A stretch of 64,000 nt of DNA from Pristiophorus japonicus. Lineage: Eukaryota. The stretch lies in NCBI RefSeq assembly GCF_044704955.1, contig NC_091983.1, forward strand, positions 46,934,001 to 46,998,000. Reading direction: 5' to 3'. The notes beneath the pieces are model-generated. The model searched no databases and was not told the DNA's origin. It worked only from the letters and a program-made list of their open reading frames with translations. Positions within the stretch are counted from its first letter, which is position 1, and every line of letters begins with the position of its first letter. The position numbers and the translations under genes are program-made. Of this stretch, positions 38,024-50,735 are shown one piece after another.

Positions 38024-39930
38024 TGTGTACCTCTACTGATACAGAGCTTTATTGCAGTGTGAACATTAATCATCAGGACACTGGATGGTGTCCAATCACA
38101 GGGGTGTGGGTCTGCTGATCGCAGGAGACAGTTACAGTTCAGCTTGGTGGGCCGGAGGAATGCACTCCCACTCCTCTGGCCCACGAGGATTGCTGGTAAG
38201 GCACTTAGCTGCTGGATTCAGCTGACCTCACCTCCCTTTAGTTGATGACCCAGGAATCCCGGCTGGCCAGGGTTAAACCTATAATGGAAATAAAGTGTGA
38301 GACTCGCAGCCTCTGACATTATTTAAATGAACCACCCACCTCCCGGGAGTGGGTTATTTACCTGCCTCCCCCACACCCCATACGTACCCCCTCCATTAAA
38401 ACCAGAAGTGGGCGGGTTTGGGGCGGGTTTGAGGCGGGTTGGGCTCAGGTTTGACATTTTTAACATTTTAACATTCCACCCGATCCAACCCACCTGTGTT
38501 TGGAAGTTAGAATTACTCCCTTTGGTTCCAGGCTGGCGATCAAGATTAAATAAATATATAATTATCATTTTTTTAAGACAATTTATATCAGTTGACCATG
38601 ACAACTGTAACGTAATGCCATAGGTATCTTGCTGAATCATTTATTCTCCAACAACAATATTTACCTCAAAAATCAGATTACAGATTGTTTATGATCATGA
38701 TTCACATCACAAGGATTTCAGATTTATTTGGGTGTGGAGAGAAATGTGTGTGTAGATGATTGAAAAAATGTTAAAGTGGAAGTAACAGATGAGATGAAAG
38801 TTAGTGGCCTTACTAAATTATGATTTGTGGCTTTCTTATGAGTCAGAATCAGTCTGATCTAGCAAAAGTAAAATGAGAAACAGCAATAATAGATAAAGGA
38901 GAGACAACAGAAGAAGTTTCAAGGGAAGCTTTCAGTTAGGTTACAGTGATACCTTCACCATCACTACCTGTGGGCAAAGTAGCACAATAGCGTTCTTTTC
39001 TTTTAATTGACTTAGTGCCAATTGACCTCTCTGTGTACCTCTACTAATACAGAGCTTTATTGCAGTATGAACATTAATCATCAGGACGCAGGATGGTGTG
39101 AGTGGATTCCAAACCGCACACCTGGCTTTTGCTTGGTTTAAAATTCAGGTGAAAGACATTTTAATTCCTGCTCGGAGCCCAAGCCTGTATAATAATGAAA
39201 ACAGTGTAGGAGACAGCAGAGGCAGAGATGATTTCCCTTCCCTTTCTGCTGGAGATGGAATTTACATGATTTGGCATTGCTGAGATTTTCTCAAAGGATG
39301 AAAGCGACAGGAGGTGGAGAGAAATCAATAGTAGTGTATTACATAGGTACAGGAATAGGGCGAAAGGTATTACTGTGCTGTCCAATGTGATCTGTGCTAC
39401 CACAGATGCAATTATACTCCAGTTACTGATCTGAGACCAGTATCTGCCAACTGCCCACAGATCCTGTCCAGTAGTCTGAACAGTAGCCTGGTGCAACAAC
39501 AGCTGAGCTCTGTGCACATGCTCCTACACGTGTACTGAACTTTACTTCCCCAGCATCTCATTTCTAATGGTAAGAGAGAAAGAGTATAGTAAGAGTTCCA
39601 TAACAACAGGATAAGGCAGGATAACTCCTTCAATACATCTAGACCACTTATCCACCATAATCTCTTGGTATTTCTAATAATCCTGAATCCCATTTATTGA
39701 CAAGTAAAGAAAAAGCGAGTTGGATTTATATAGTGCATTTCGCGACCATCAGATGTCTCAAAGGGCTTTACAGCCAATGAAGTATTTTTAGACTGTAGTC
39801 ACTGTTGTAATGTAGGAAACACGCAGCCAATTTGCACACAAGCAAGCTCCCACAAACAGCAATGTGATAATGACCAAATCTTCTGTTTTTTTGTTATGTT
39901 GATTCAGAGATAAATATTGGCCAGGACACC

Positions 39931-42900
39931 TGATATCTATGTAAACTTGTATTTACTCTGTACAGCCACCAGAGGGCTCATCCCTCGATGTCCCAAGGGA
40001 TCCCATAATCCCTTGGGAGCACAGGTATTTAAGGAGGCTTCACTGATTGGAGAGGCACTCTGGAGACCTGCAATAAAAGACTAAGGTCACACTTTACTTT
40101 GAGCTCACAGTGTTCAGACTGACTCTTTCTCCATACACAACAACTGGCGATGAGATACAGATAGCGAACCCAAAGATGCAGAGAACAGTGGGCATCCTGG
40201 AGAAATTCTCGGAGGGAGATGATTGCGAAACTTTTGTGGAGCGACTTGACCAATACTTCGTGGCCAACGAGCTAGATGGGGAAGAGAGTGCTGCCAAATG
40301 AAGGACGATCCTCCTCACTGTCTGTAGGGCATCAACATATGGCCTCGTGAAGAATCTGCTCACTCCAGCGAAACCCACGGAGAAATCATGCGACGATTTA
40401 TGCACACCAGTCCGAGAGAATTTGAACCCAAAGGAAAGCATTCTGATGGCGAGGTACCAGTTCTACACCTACAAAAGGTCTGAAGGCCAGGAAGTGCCGA
40501 GTTATGTCGCTGAGCTAAGATGCCTTGCAGGATATTACGAATTTGAAGGACATTTGGAGCACATGCTCAGAGACTTTTTTGTACTTGGCATTGGCCATGA
40601 AAGCATACTTCACAAACTTTTGACTGTAGAGACCCCAACATTGAGTAATAGCGATAGCCCAAGTGTTCATTGCCACCAGTGACAATACGAAGCAAATCTC
40701 TCAGCACACAAGTGCTGCTACAAGTACTGTGAACAAAGTGATGTTGTTTTTCGAATCGTAATGTACAGGGCAGGTCACAAATAGCTGCAGCTATACATCC
40801 GCAGATGTCTCAGAATCCACCATCAAGGGTGATGAATGCAAGGCCATTAACATCCTGTTGGCACTGCGGGGGTGATCATCGTTTTCATTCATGCCGATTC
40901 AAAGAGTACGTTTGCAAGGGCTGTGGAACAAGGGGACACCTCCAACAAGTGTGCAGGCGAGCTGCAAGGCCTGTTAAACCTGCAAACCATCATGTTGCAG
41001 AGGAGGACGGATCCACGGAGGATCATGACGAACCAGAGCCTCAAATCGAGGAGGCAGAGGTACATGGGGTGCACACATTCACCACAAATTGTCCCCTGAT
41101 AATGCTGAATATTGAACTAAATGGTCTTCCAGGATGACATCTTGGTTACAGGTTGGGACACAGTCGAGCATCTGAAGAATCTGGAGGAGGTTCTTAGTCG
41201 ACTCAACCACGTGGGGCTCAGGTTAAAACGCTCAAAGTGCGTTTTCCTGGTGCCTGAAGTGGAGTTCCTGGGAAGGAGGATTGTGGCGGACGGCATCAGG
41301 CCCAGCAACACAAAGACGGAGGCAATCGCGAATGCACCGAGGCCACAGAACGTGACGGAATTGTGGTCGTTTCTGGGACTCCTGAACTACTTTGGCAACT
41401 TCTTACCGGGTTTCAGCACACTGTTAGAACCACGACATGTCTTACTATGAAAAGGGGATGAATGGATTTGGGGCAAAAGCCAAAAAAATATCTTTGTAAA
41501 AGTGAGAAAATTGTTATGCTCAAACAATTTGCTTGTGTTGTATGATCCATGTAAGTGTTTGGTGCTAGCATGTGATGCGTCATCATAGGGCATGTCTATT
41601 GCAACAAGCTAATGATTTTGGGAAACTGCAACCGGTTGCTTATGCATTCAGGAGTCTGTCTAAGGCTGAGAGAGCCTACAGCATGATTGAGAAAGAAGCA
41701 TTAGCGTGTGTCTATGGGGTAAGAAAATGCATCAATACCTGTTTGGGCTAAAATTCAAATGGGAAACTGACCATAAGCCACTTATATCCCTGTTCACCAA
41801 GAGTAAAGGGATAAATACCAATGCATCGGCCCACATCCAGAGATGGGCGCTCACATTGTCCACATACAACTACGCCATTCACCACAGGTCAGGCACAGAA
41901 AACTGCGCCGATGCTCTTAGTAGGCTGCCATTGCCCACTACGGGGATGGAAATGGTGCAGCCCGCAGATCTAGCCATGGTTATGGAAGCATTTGAGAGTG
42001 AGCAATCACCCATCACTGCCCGGCAGATCAAAACCTGGACAAGCCAGGACCCTTTATTGGGGCCAAGTTTCTGCCTGAGTTGCTCCTGTTTTTTTGGAGC
42101 AACTGGTTTAGAATGGAGTATCTTAGAAATTACAATTCTCGGCATTTAGTTTGCTCCAGTTCTAGTCAGTTAGAACAGTTTCAGTTTGGAACAGATATTT
42201 TTTTTTCAAAAGGGGGGCGTGTCTGGCCACTTATGCCCATTTTGAAAGTTTAGGCAGTGAAAACTTACTCCAAACTAACTTAGAATGGAGTAAGTGTAGA
42301 TTTTTGTACGCTCAGAAAAACCTTGCCTACACTTAAAAAATCAGGCGTAGGTTCCAAATCAGGCATAGGAATGGGTGGGGGGAGGAGGGTTTAAAGGGAA
42401 GTTTACAAACATTAAACACTTCAGTTTTACAAATAAAGAGTCATCATCAATAATAAATGATAAATACATCAATAAATCAACCAATAAATCAATCAAAAAA
42501 AATGAATAAAAAATAAAGAAAATTTAAAAAATCAATAAAAAAAAAAAATTCTACTCACCGACTGCAGCACCAGGAGCCCTCCATCAGCGTGCTGGTACGG
42601 GCCCCCCCCCAGTGTGTGTCTCTCTCTCTGTCTGTCTGTGTGTGTCTCTCTCTCTGTCTGTCAGTGTCTNNNNNNNNNNNNNNNNNNNNNNNNNNNNNNN
42701 NNNNNNNNNNNNNNNNNNNNNNNNNNNNNNNNNNNNNNNNNNNNNNNNNNNNNNNNNNNNNNNNNNNNNNNNNNNNNNNNNNNNNNNNNNNNNNNNNNNN
42801 NNNNNNNNNNNNNNNNNNNNNNNNNNNNNNNNNNNNNNNNNNNNNNNNNNNNNNNNNNNNNNNNNNNNNNNNNNNNNNNNNNNNNNNNNNNNNNNNNNNN

Positions 42901-45673
42901 NNNNNNNNNNNNNNNNNNNNNNNNNNNNNNNNNNNNNNNNNNNNNNNNNNNNNNNNNNNNNNNNNNNNNNNNNNNNNNNNNNNNNNNNNNNNNNNNNNNN
43001 NNNNNNNNNNNNNNNNNNNNNNNNNNNNNNNNNNNNNNNNNNNNNNNNNNNNNNNNNNNNNNNNNNNNNNNNNNNNNNNNNNNNNNNNNNNNNNNNNNNN
43101 NNNNNNNNNNNNNNNNNNNNNNNNNNNNNNNNNNNNNNNAGAGGGGAGAGAGGGAGGGGGAGAGGACGGGGAGAGAGGGGGAGAGGGGAGGGAGGGAGGG
43201 GGAGAGGAGAGGGAGGGAGGGCGAGCGAGAGGAGAGGGGGAGAGGGGAGGGAGGGGGAGAGGAGAGGGAGGGGGGGAGGGAGAGGAGAGTGAGTGGGAGA
43301 GGAGAGGGAGGGGGAGAGGAGAGGGAAGAGGAGAGGGAGGGAGGAGAGGAGGGGGGAGGGGGAGAGGAGAGGGAGAGGGGGGAGAGGAAAGGGAGGGAGG
43401 GGGAGAGGAGAGGGAGGGGGAGAGGGGAGGGAGGGAGGGAGAGGAGAGAAGAGGGAGGGGGAGAGGAGAGGGAGGAGGCTGAACGGGCCCGGCTGACGTG
43501 AAGAAGCCAGGCCCAAGACTTCAGGTGGGGCCCGTCCCCAGCAAGATGCCGGGCGGGCGGGCCCCACTGAAGGAGTTAAAGGCAGGTGGCCGGGGGGAGC
43601 CGGAGCTGGGGGGGGGTAGGCGGGGGGGGGCAGGGGGTGGGGTCGTCGGAGCGGGAGCTGTGGGGGGGGGGTCGGGGGGGGGGGGAGCGGTCCGGGGGGG
43701 GGAGTGGAGAGGGGGTGGGGGTTTGAGAGAGCCAGCTGAACAGGGGAGGAAGCTGGAGCCAGAGCAGGAGCTGGACCAGGGAGGTGCAGCCTGATCCTCG
43801 CAGCCCCAGTGAGGCCATTCGGCCAGGGCTAGGGGCTGCATGCTTGGGGCCCCTCCCACACAGTTTCGGGCGCCTGGCGCTACTGCACATGCGCGCCCAC
43901 TGTAGCGTGCCTGTGCAGAGGTCCCAGCACTGATTTCAGTGCCGGGACCTGGCTTCGCTCCCCACAGCTCGTACTGCGCTGCGCCGAGCTCCAAAGGACC
44001 TGCAGGGAGCCGGAGAATCTGCAGGTATTTTTTAGGCGTACTTTCAGGCGCGAAAAACGGGCGTCCAGGTCGGGGCTACGCCGTTCTAGGCGCGGCCCGA
44101 AACTTGGGCCCATTATCTCTAGTCAAAAGCTGTGTGCTTCACGGGAGCTGGTTCAGTGTCCCAATGGAAATGCAGGAAGAGATAAAGCCGTTCCAGGGCT
44201 CAAAGATGAAACGTCTATACAGGCAGACTGCCTTCTGTGGGGCAATCGTGTAGTGGTCTCCAAGAAGGGCAGAGACACCTTCATCAATGACCTCCACAGT
44301 ACCCACCCAGGCATCGTAATGATGAAAGTGATAGCCAGATCCCACGTGTGGTGGTCCACTATCGATGAGGACTTAAGAGTCCTGCATTCACAGATTTAAT
44401 ACATGTTCGCAGTTAAGCACTGTACCCAGGGAGGCGACGCTAAGTTTATGGTCTTGGCCCTCCAAACCGTGGTCTAGGGTACACATCGACTATGTAGGCC
44501 TGTTCTTGGGTTAAATGTTCCTTGTGGTTGTAGACGCGTACGCCAAGTGAATTGAATGTGAGATAATGTCGGCTAACACGTCCGCTGCCACTACGGACCT
44601 GCGGACCATATTTGCCACACACGGCTACCCGATGTCCTGGTGAGCGACAATGGGCCATGTTTTACCAGGGCTGAGTTCAAAGAATTCATGACCCGTAACG
44701 GGATCAAACATGTCACATCTGCCCCGTTTAAACCAGCGTCCAATGGTCAGGCAGAGAGAGCAGTGCAAACCATCAAGCAAGGCTTGAAGAGGGTAACTGA
44801 AGGCTCACTGCAAACATGCCTATTCCGAGTCCTGCTTAGCTACCGCACAAGACCCCACTCACTCACTGGGATCCCACCTGCTGAATTGCTCATGAAAAGA
44901 GCACTTAAGACAAGGCTCTCGTTAGTTCAACCTGATCTACATGAACAGGTAGAGAGCAGGTGGGTCAACAAAGTGCATACCATGATAGCGCAAATGTGTC
45001 ACGCGAGATTGAAATCAATGATCCTGTATTTGTATTAAATTATGGACAAAGTCCCAAGTGGCTTCCCGGCACTGTTGCGGCCAAAGAGGGGAGCAGGGTG
45101 TTTCGGGTCAAACTTTCAAATGGACTCAGTCACCGGAAATCAAACTCAGATTCGTGGACTACCCTGAGCAACCCACCTTGGACCCTACCTTTTTTGATCC
45201 CCCAACATACACACCAGTGGCAACCGGCACCACGGTTGACCACGAAGCAGAACCCATCATCCACAGCAGCCCAGCAGGGCCCAACACACCAGGCAGCCCA
45301 GCAAGGCCAGATGCACAGCAGCCCAGCAGCCCAGCAAGGGCCCAACAAATGATTCCACAACTCCAGCTTTCACACCGAGATGATCAACCAGGGCAAGAAG
45401 GGCCCCAGATCGACTCACATTGTAAATAGTTACACTATTGACTTTGCGGGTGGGGGGCGAGTGTTGTTATATATGTAAACTTGTATTTACTCTGTACAGC
45501 CACCAGAGGGCTCATCCCCTGGAGTCCCAAGGGATCCCATAATCCCTTGGGAGCACAGGTATTTAAGGAGGCATCACAGGTTGGAGAGGCACTCTGGAGA
45601 CCTGCAATAAAAGACTGTCACACTTTCCTTTGAGCTCACAGTGTTCAGTCTGACTCGTTCTCCATACACTACA
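39931..45673 (+). mobile_element. Gypsy LTR retrotransposon B, internally deleted
   Basis: LTRs at 39931-40142 and 45465-45673, TSD ACACC, PBS TGGCGATGAG at 40145 (tRNA-Ser(GCU)-like), G-rich PPT at ~45446-45462. Carries gag with CCHC knuckles, RT VFQDDILV, RNase H CDASS and ETDHKPL, integrase SDNGPCF. Protease and RT N-terminus are deleted at ~41125. Confidence 0.97.
42059..44111. mobile_element. G-rich non-autonomous TIR element inserted in Gypsy B pol
   Basis: TIR GGGGCCAAGTTTC / GAAACTTGGGCCC, TSD ATT. Removal restores the frame QDPLLSLVKS. Contains an N gap at 42670-43139. Confidence 0.95.
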
Positions 45674-45919
45674 ACACCGGGGATAACTCCCCTGCTTTTC
45701 TTCAAAATAGTGCCATGGGATCTTTTACATCCACTTGAGAGAGCAGATGGGGCTTCGGTTTAATGTCTCATCTGAAAGATGGCACCTCCAACAGTGCAGC
45801 ACTCCCTCAGCATGGCACTGGAGTGTTAGCCTAGATTTTGTTGTGCTCAAGTCCCTGGAGTGGGACTTGAACCCACAGCCTGCTGACTCAGAGGCGAGAG
45901 TGCCGAGCTAATATCTTCA

Positions 45920-46340
45920 TGAAAGATGTCTTTTTGCACCACCTGTGTCATTAATCTGTTCCATCCTCTTAATAAAGAAGTTCCTCCTGCATTTCCTACT
46001 TTCATTTTTTGTGCTTAAATTCTGGTTAAAAGCTGGGACTGGGAGTGGGGGAGGAAGGGGGCGGGGGGTTGTGGGGGAGATCGGTAAGGCCGAGGGAAGA
46101 TCGCAAAGGCCAGTGAGAGATGGGAAAGGTGTCTAGTGCTTAAATTCTGCACACAGCAGAAAAGCTTACTTGGAACTAATTTGTCCAAACCTTTTATAAT
46201 TTTAAACACTTCTATCATATTCCCTCCCAGTCTTCTCTTTCAAAGAGAGAAAAGTCCCAGTCTTTCCTCAAATGCCATTTCCTTAAATTCTGGGATTATT
46301 CATTTAATCCTTCTCTGCGGCCCCTCCAATAACTGAATAG
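45920..46340 (-). mobile_element. Old degenerate CR1 fragment
   Basis: MIEVFKIIKGLDKLVPSKLF. Confidence 0.6.
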
Positions 46341-47249
46341 GCAATAAAAACTTTCCACATCAAGTTTAAAGCGTCCCAGTTGATCACCTGAGCACATTTA
46401 AATTTCAGGGTGGAGTTATACTGCAGGTGGCAGGAGCTGAAAGTTGCGTGAGATTGCCTGTTGGGAGAGGTCTCGCATAGCTTTGCTTTAGTGTGCCCAG
46501 GTGTCAGGTCACTCGCTGTGCTGCAACAGTGCCTGTTAGTGTGTATACAAACCCCCTCTGCATCAGCATCAAAGGAGCATTATGACTGCGGCCTTTGGTG
46601 CAAGGAGTTGCAGATGTATCAATGCTGTGGCTTCAGGGAGTACCAGCTCCTTTGCTCATTTTGAAGCTTTCATTATTTGCTGGGCCAGAGTAGAAAAACT
46701 CTCAATAAATCAATTTTGCAGTCAGCAATACAGTTTATTTCACAGGCAAACAAAATAAAGTCAGTGTAGCAGTTAAATACTCATGCCATTTTTCTGCTAT
46801 AATTTTTGGACAATCAAATCTGGACAAAATAAACCAGAATTTAAAATCTGAACCTTTGAAAGTATCAGTAATAAGCACCGCAAAACTCTAACCTTGATAA
46901 AATAACTACTTGATTTTGAAGTTCAAGGCTCCTCTCATTACTAAAAAATGTAATTCTAAACAAGCAAGTTAATTTTTAAAATTATCAGCCTCGTACACCT
47001 CGCTTAACATCCGCCCCAGGAAATGTCTGAAAAAAACCGGCATTCCCAGGGTGCAACAGGCGGTATTGGCAACGTATTTAAATGGAGGGAGGAGGATCAT
47101 ACATCACAGGTCACATTGACTGCAACGTTTGCGCACAACATCCTGCATGAAGCTCCGACTTGCAAACGACAGTTTTATTTGCCATTACAGTGTCCTTACA
47201 AGGTCAGTGAGAGAATGTAATGGGGGTATTACTCGTTTGCCAGTGTATC

Positions 47250-48393
47250 ATGCTGGTTGCTATTGGCAGGCGGCTTCAAGCTAGAAGAAGGGCTGCTGGC
47301 CATGCCGGGCTATGGATGAGGAGAGGACGAAGACATCTGGGGAGGAGGCCTTACCACTGATGAGTTTACAGGCACTAACGCTCATACCTCCAGCTCTCTG
47401 AGGAGCAGTGTGTGAGAAGGCTACACTTCTGAAAGGAAGTGCTGCCAGAGATATGCCATCTACTACAGACAGACCTACAGTCTTACAGCGGCAACTGGAC
47501 TGCTCTGCTCGTCGCAGTGAAGGTCACTCTGACGCTGGCCTTCTATGCCTCCCGCTCCTTCCAGGCAGCAGCAGGGGACATATGCAGCATCTCTCAATAC
47601 GCTACACATCACTGCATTTGCCAAGTCACAAAAGCTCTGTACACCAGCAGAACGGACTTCATAAAATTCCCAATGAGCAGGGACATCCAGAATGGATGGG
47701 CACTTGGGTTTGGAGGAATTGCGAGCTTCCCGAGGGTTCAAGGAACCATTGACTGCACACATGTGGCCTTGCGAACACCATTCCACAATGCTGAGCTATT
47801 CAGAAACCAAAAGGGATACCACTCCCTAAATGTCCAGCAGGTCAGCGACCATCCTTGCAGTGAATGCCCGTTATCCAGGGAGTGCACATGATGCATTCAT
47901 CTTGCGTGCGAGCAGTGTCTCACGAATGTTTCAGTGACAAAGGGAAGGACAGGGCTGGCTGATCGGGAACAAAGGATACAGCCTAGCCACCTGGTTCATG
48001 ATCCCACCCACCCCTCCGCAATCCCATCACAGAAGCCGAGCAGCGTTACAATGAGAGCCATGCAGCCACCCGCAACATCATCGAACAGACAATTGGGGTG
48101 CTCAAGCAGCACTTCCGAAGCCTGGACCACTCTGGAGGCTGTCTTCAATACTCCCCTCAACAGGTCTCTGAATTCATTGTGGGGTGCTGCATGCTGCACA
48201 ACTTGGCCATCATGAGGGGCCAGGCATTGCCAGTGGGGATTGCAGGCCCACTTCAGGAGGAGAGGACGAGAACGATGATGAAGAGGAGCCTGGCGAGGCC
48301 CCGATTGCATAGCCACCCCATCCACCAGGGAGGCAGCGTCCAGACACTACCAAAGCATGAGCTTGCATCGCCAGCTCATAATAGTTTGGTTGA
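47250..48393 (+). pseudogene. Harbinger transposase, copy 2 (stops and frameshifts)
   Basis: MLVAIGRRLQARRR start, LAFYASRSFQ, GTIDCTHV, RNQKGYHSLNVQ, LKQHFRSLDHSGGCLQYS, CCMLHNLAI. Confidence 0.92.
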
Positions 48394-49403
48394 ATGGAGG
48401 AAGCTGAGGGCTACCTCTAATACTGGCCATGCTATGTGCCACCATATAAGCACATCCAAGCTGGGCTTTTGAATGATACAAATGACACCAACAGCAAAAG
48501 GTCAAAGTGACATTTTTATCAAAAATAGTTACAAACGATGCACCCCCAACAAAACCAAACAAGACAATAAACCATCATAACCAAACTATACAATAAACAG
48601 TGTTCTGCCGTAAGTTACTTTACAAGTGCATTATTAAAAACAACTATTTACAGGCGTTCTCATAAAATATCAAGGCATCTGCAGAAGGCTGTCCCACCCC
48701 TTAATGGGACTTAGCTAGAGATTTCCCTTCCTTTCTCTTCTTCTACCTCCTATGCCTGCTGCTCCTCCTCAATGAGGTCTCAGTGCCTGCAGCAAGACTG
48801 CATGAAGGCTGCTGTGTTAGGGGGCAGACAGTGCAGACGGCATATGAGGATGCCCTGGACCAGCTCTGGGCCTGGAAGTCCCCGCTGTGGACTGCTACAC
48901 CTCATCAGCGGCAAACGCAGTCACTAGTGGCTCGGGTGTGTATTGTGCAGGGTGCATGGTTGGAGAGTCAGTGATGAGAGCCGGAATGCTGTCATCCCGA
49001 GGAAGGACAGCAGCTTCCATTTCCTGAGAGCCACTGAAACTCCGACAAGAGCGGGCTTCAACATCCGGAGCACGCTGTGTGACCACAACTTGCTGGCCTG
49101 CTTTGGCACGATCCCTTCCCCGTTGGACAGTGGGGAAGACAGATAGACTGGCACCAGTCATCGACCGCAGCACATCACCAAGCTGCAGCATTACTTGAGT
49201 CTGCGATTCGGTGGATGCTGCAACATGATCAAGGGCACGTGCCATACACTCTGGAGGCCACTTGCCTCTGTGAGTGGATAAAGATGGCCTCGCTGGAGTC
49301 CTGAGTTGTATTGACAAGTCGTGAAGTTGCCTCCACAACAGTCGCAGAAAGTTTGTTGATGTTCCCTGGGATCCGTCCCAATGCAGCCATGAAATTACAA
49401 CAA

Positions 49404-50128
49404 GGGGGTCCTTGTGCATGAATCCCAAAACGTTAGTTTGCAGGTGCAGCAGGTAATCAGGAAGACGAATGGAATGTTGGCATTCATTGCGAGGGGGATG
49501 GAGTACAAAAGCAGGGAGTTCCTACTGCAACTGTGCAGGGTATTGGTGAGGCCGCACCTGGAGTACTGCGTGCAGTTTTGGTCACCTTACTTAAGGAAGG
49601 ATATACTAGCTTTGGAGGAGGTACAGAGATGATTCACTAGGCTGATTCCGGAGATGAGGGGGTTACCTTATGATGATAGATTGAGTAGACTGGGTCTTTA
49701 CTCGTTGGAGTTCAGAAGGATGAGGGGAGATCTTATAGAAACATTTAAAATAATAAAAGGGATAGACAAGATAGAGGCGGAGAGGTTGTTTCCACTGGTC
49801 AGGGAGACTAGAACTAGGGGGCACAGCCTCAAAATACGGGGGAGCCAATTTAAAACCGAGTTGAGAAGGAATTTCTTCTCCCAGAGGGTTGTGGATCTGT
49901 GGAATTCTCTGCCCAAGGAAGCAGTTGAGGCTAGCTCATTGAATGTATTCAAATCACAGATAGATAGATTTTTAACCAATAAGGGATTTAAGGGTTATGG
50001 GGAGTGGGCGGGTAAGTGGAGCTGAGTCCATGGCCAGATCAGCCATGATCTTGTTGAATGGCGGAGCAGGCTCGAGGGGCTAGATGGCCTACTCCTGTTC
50101 CTAATTCTTATGTTCTTATGTTCTTATG
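49404..50128 (+). mobile_element. CR1 LINE 3' fragment
   Basis: [20 protein letters not shown] and a (TTCTTATG)n tail. Confidence 0.95.
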
Positions 50129-50735
50129 AACTCACAGTGCATGTCCGTGTTTTCCCTGGCCATTTCCACCCAAGTCCAGTTCCATGCCTGCCTGTTGTTG
50201 AGCAGTCCTACTTTGCCGACTCACCCTCTGGAGAGCTGGCCTCCGAGATTCCCCTCTCACTGCGCATTGCTGTCGGCGACTGGGGCCAGGAGCCAGGAAA
50301 ATTGTGCTCATCCCCCAGATGTGCTTTGTCGCAACAAGCCAACTGGTGGGCTCTTTGGGTCAGGCATTGCAGTCTCCTCGCACGCCTCATCATCTACATG
50401 ATTTCTCTTTCACAAATCCATGCTGATTCTGCCCAATCCTATCGATGGCTCCCTGCACGCCTGTCGTGATTGTGGCTGCTCTTCTGCAAACAGAAAACAA
50501 CAGATGTGTGGTTAGCAGCAGGGAAGGGTGATAGCAGGAAGGTGGCATTACACATGTACATGTGAAGGTCCCTTGCCACTTCATAAGACATCTCAATGAA
50601 GTCACATCAGTCGTGCAATTTATTTATATACTCTCACTACCTGAAGGGGGCTCAGCATCGCCCTCGGCAACTGTCCGAGCTGGTGGTCCAATGAGGGCAG
50701 GCACCTGTTCCTCCAGTTAGAAATATAGAAACATA

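Larger units (their letters stand above)
34863..39100 (+). repeat. Local direct duplication of a ~570-bp otherwise unique unit
   Basis: Copy 1 (34863-35100, 36140-36429, 38024-38090) is colinear with uninterrupted copy 2 (38521-39100). Confidence 0.92.
39705..45905 (-). mobile_element. Deu-domain SINE (39705-39930 plus 45679-45905) split by Gypsy B
   Basis: Halves join as GGCCAGGACACC|GGGGATAACTCCCC, as in the copy at 26605-26632. tRNA-like head at ~45860-45905. Confidence 0.9.

Noticed and set aside
36729-43994. ORFs spanning X runs
   Set aside because: They read through assembly gaps (36937-37283, 42670-43139) and low-complexity sequence.
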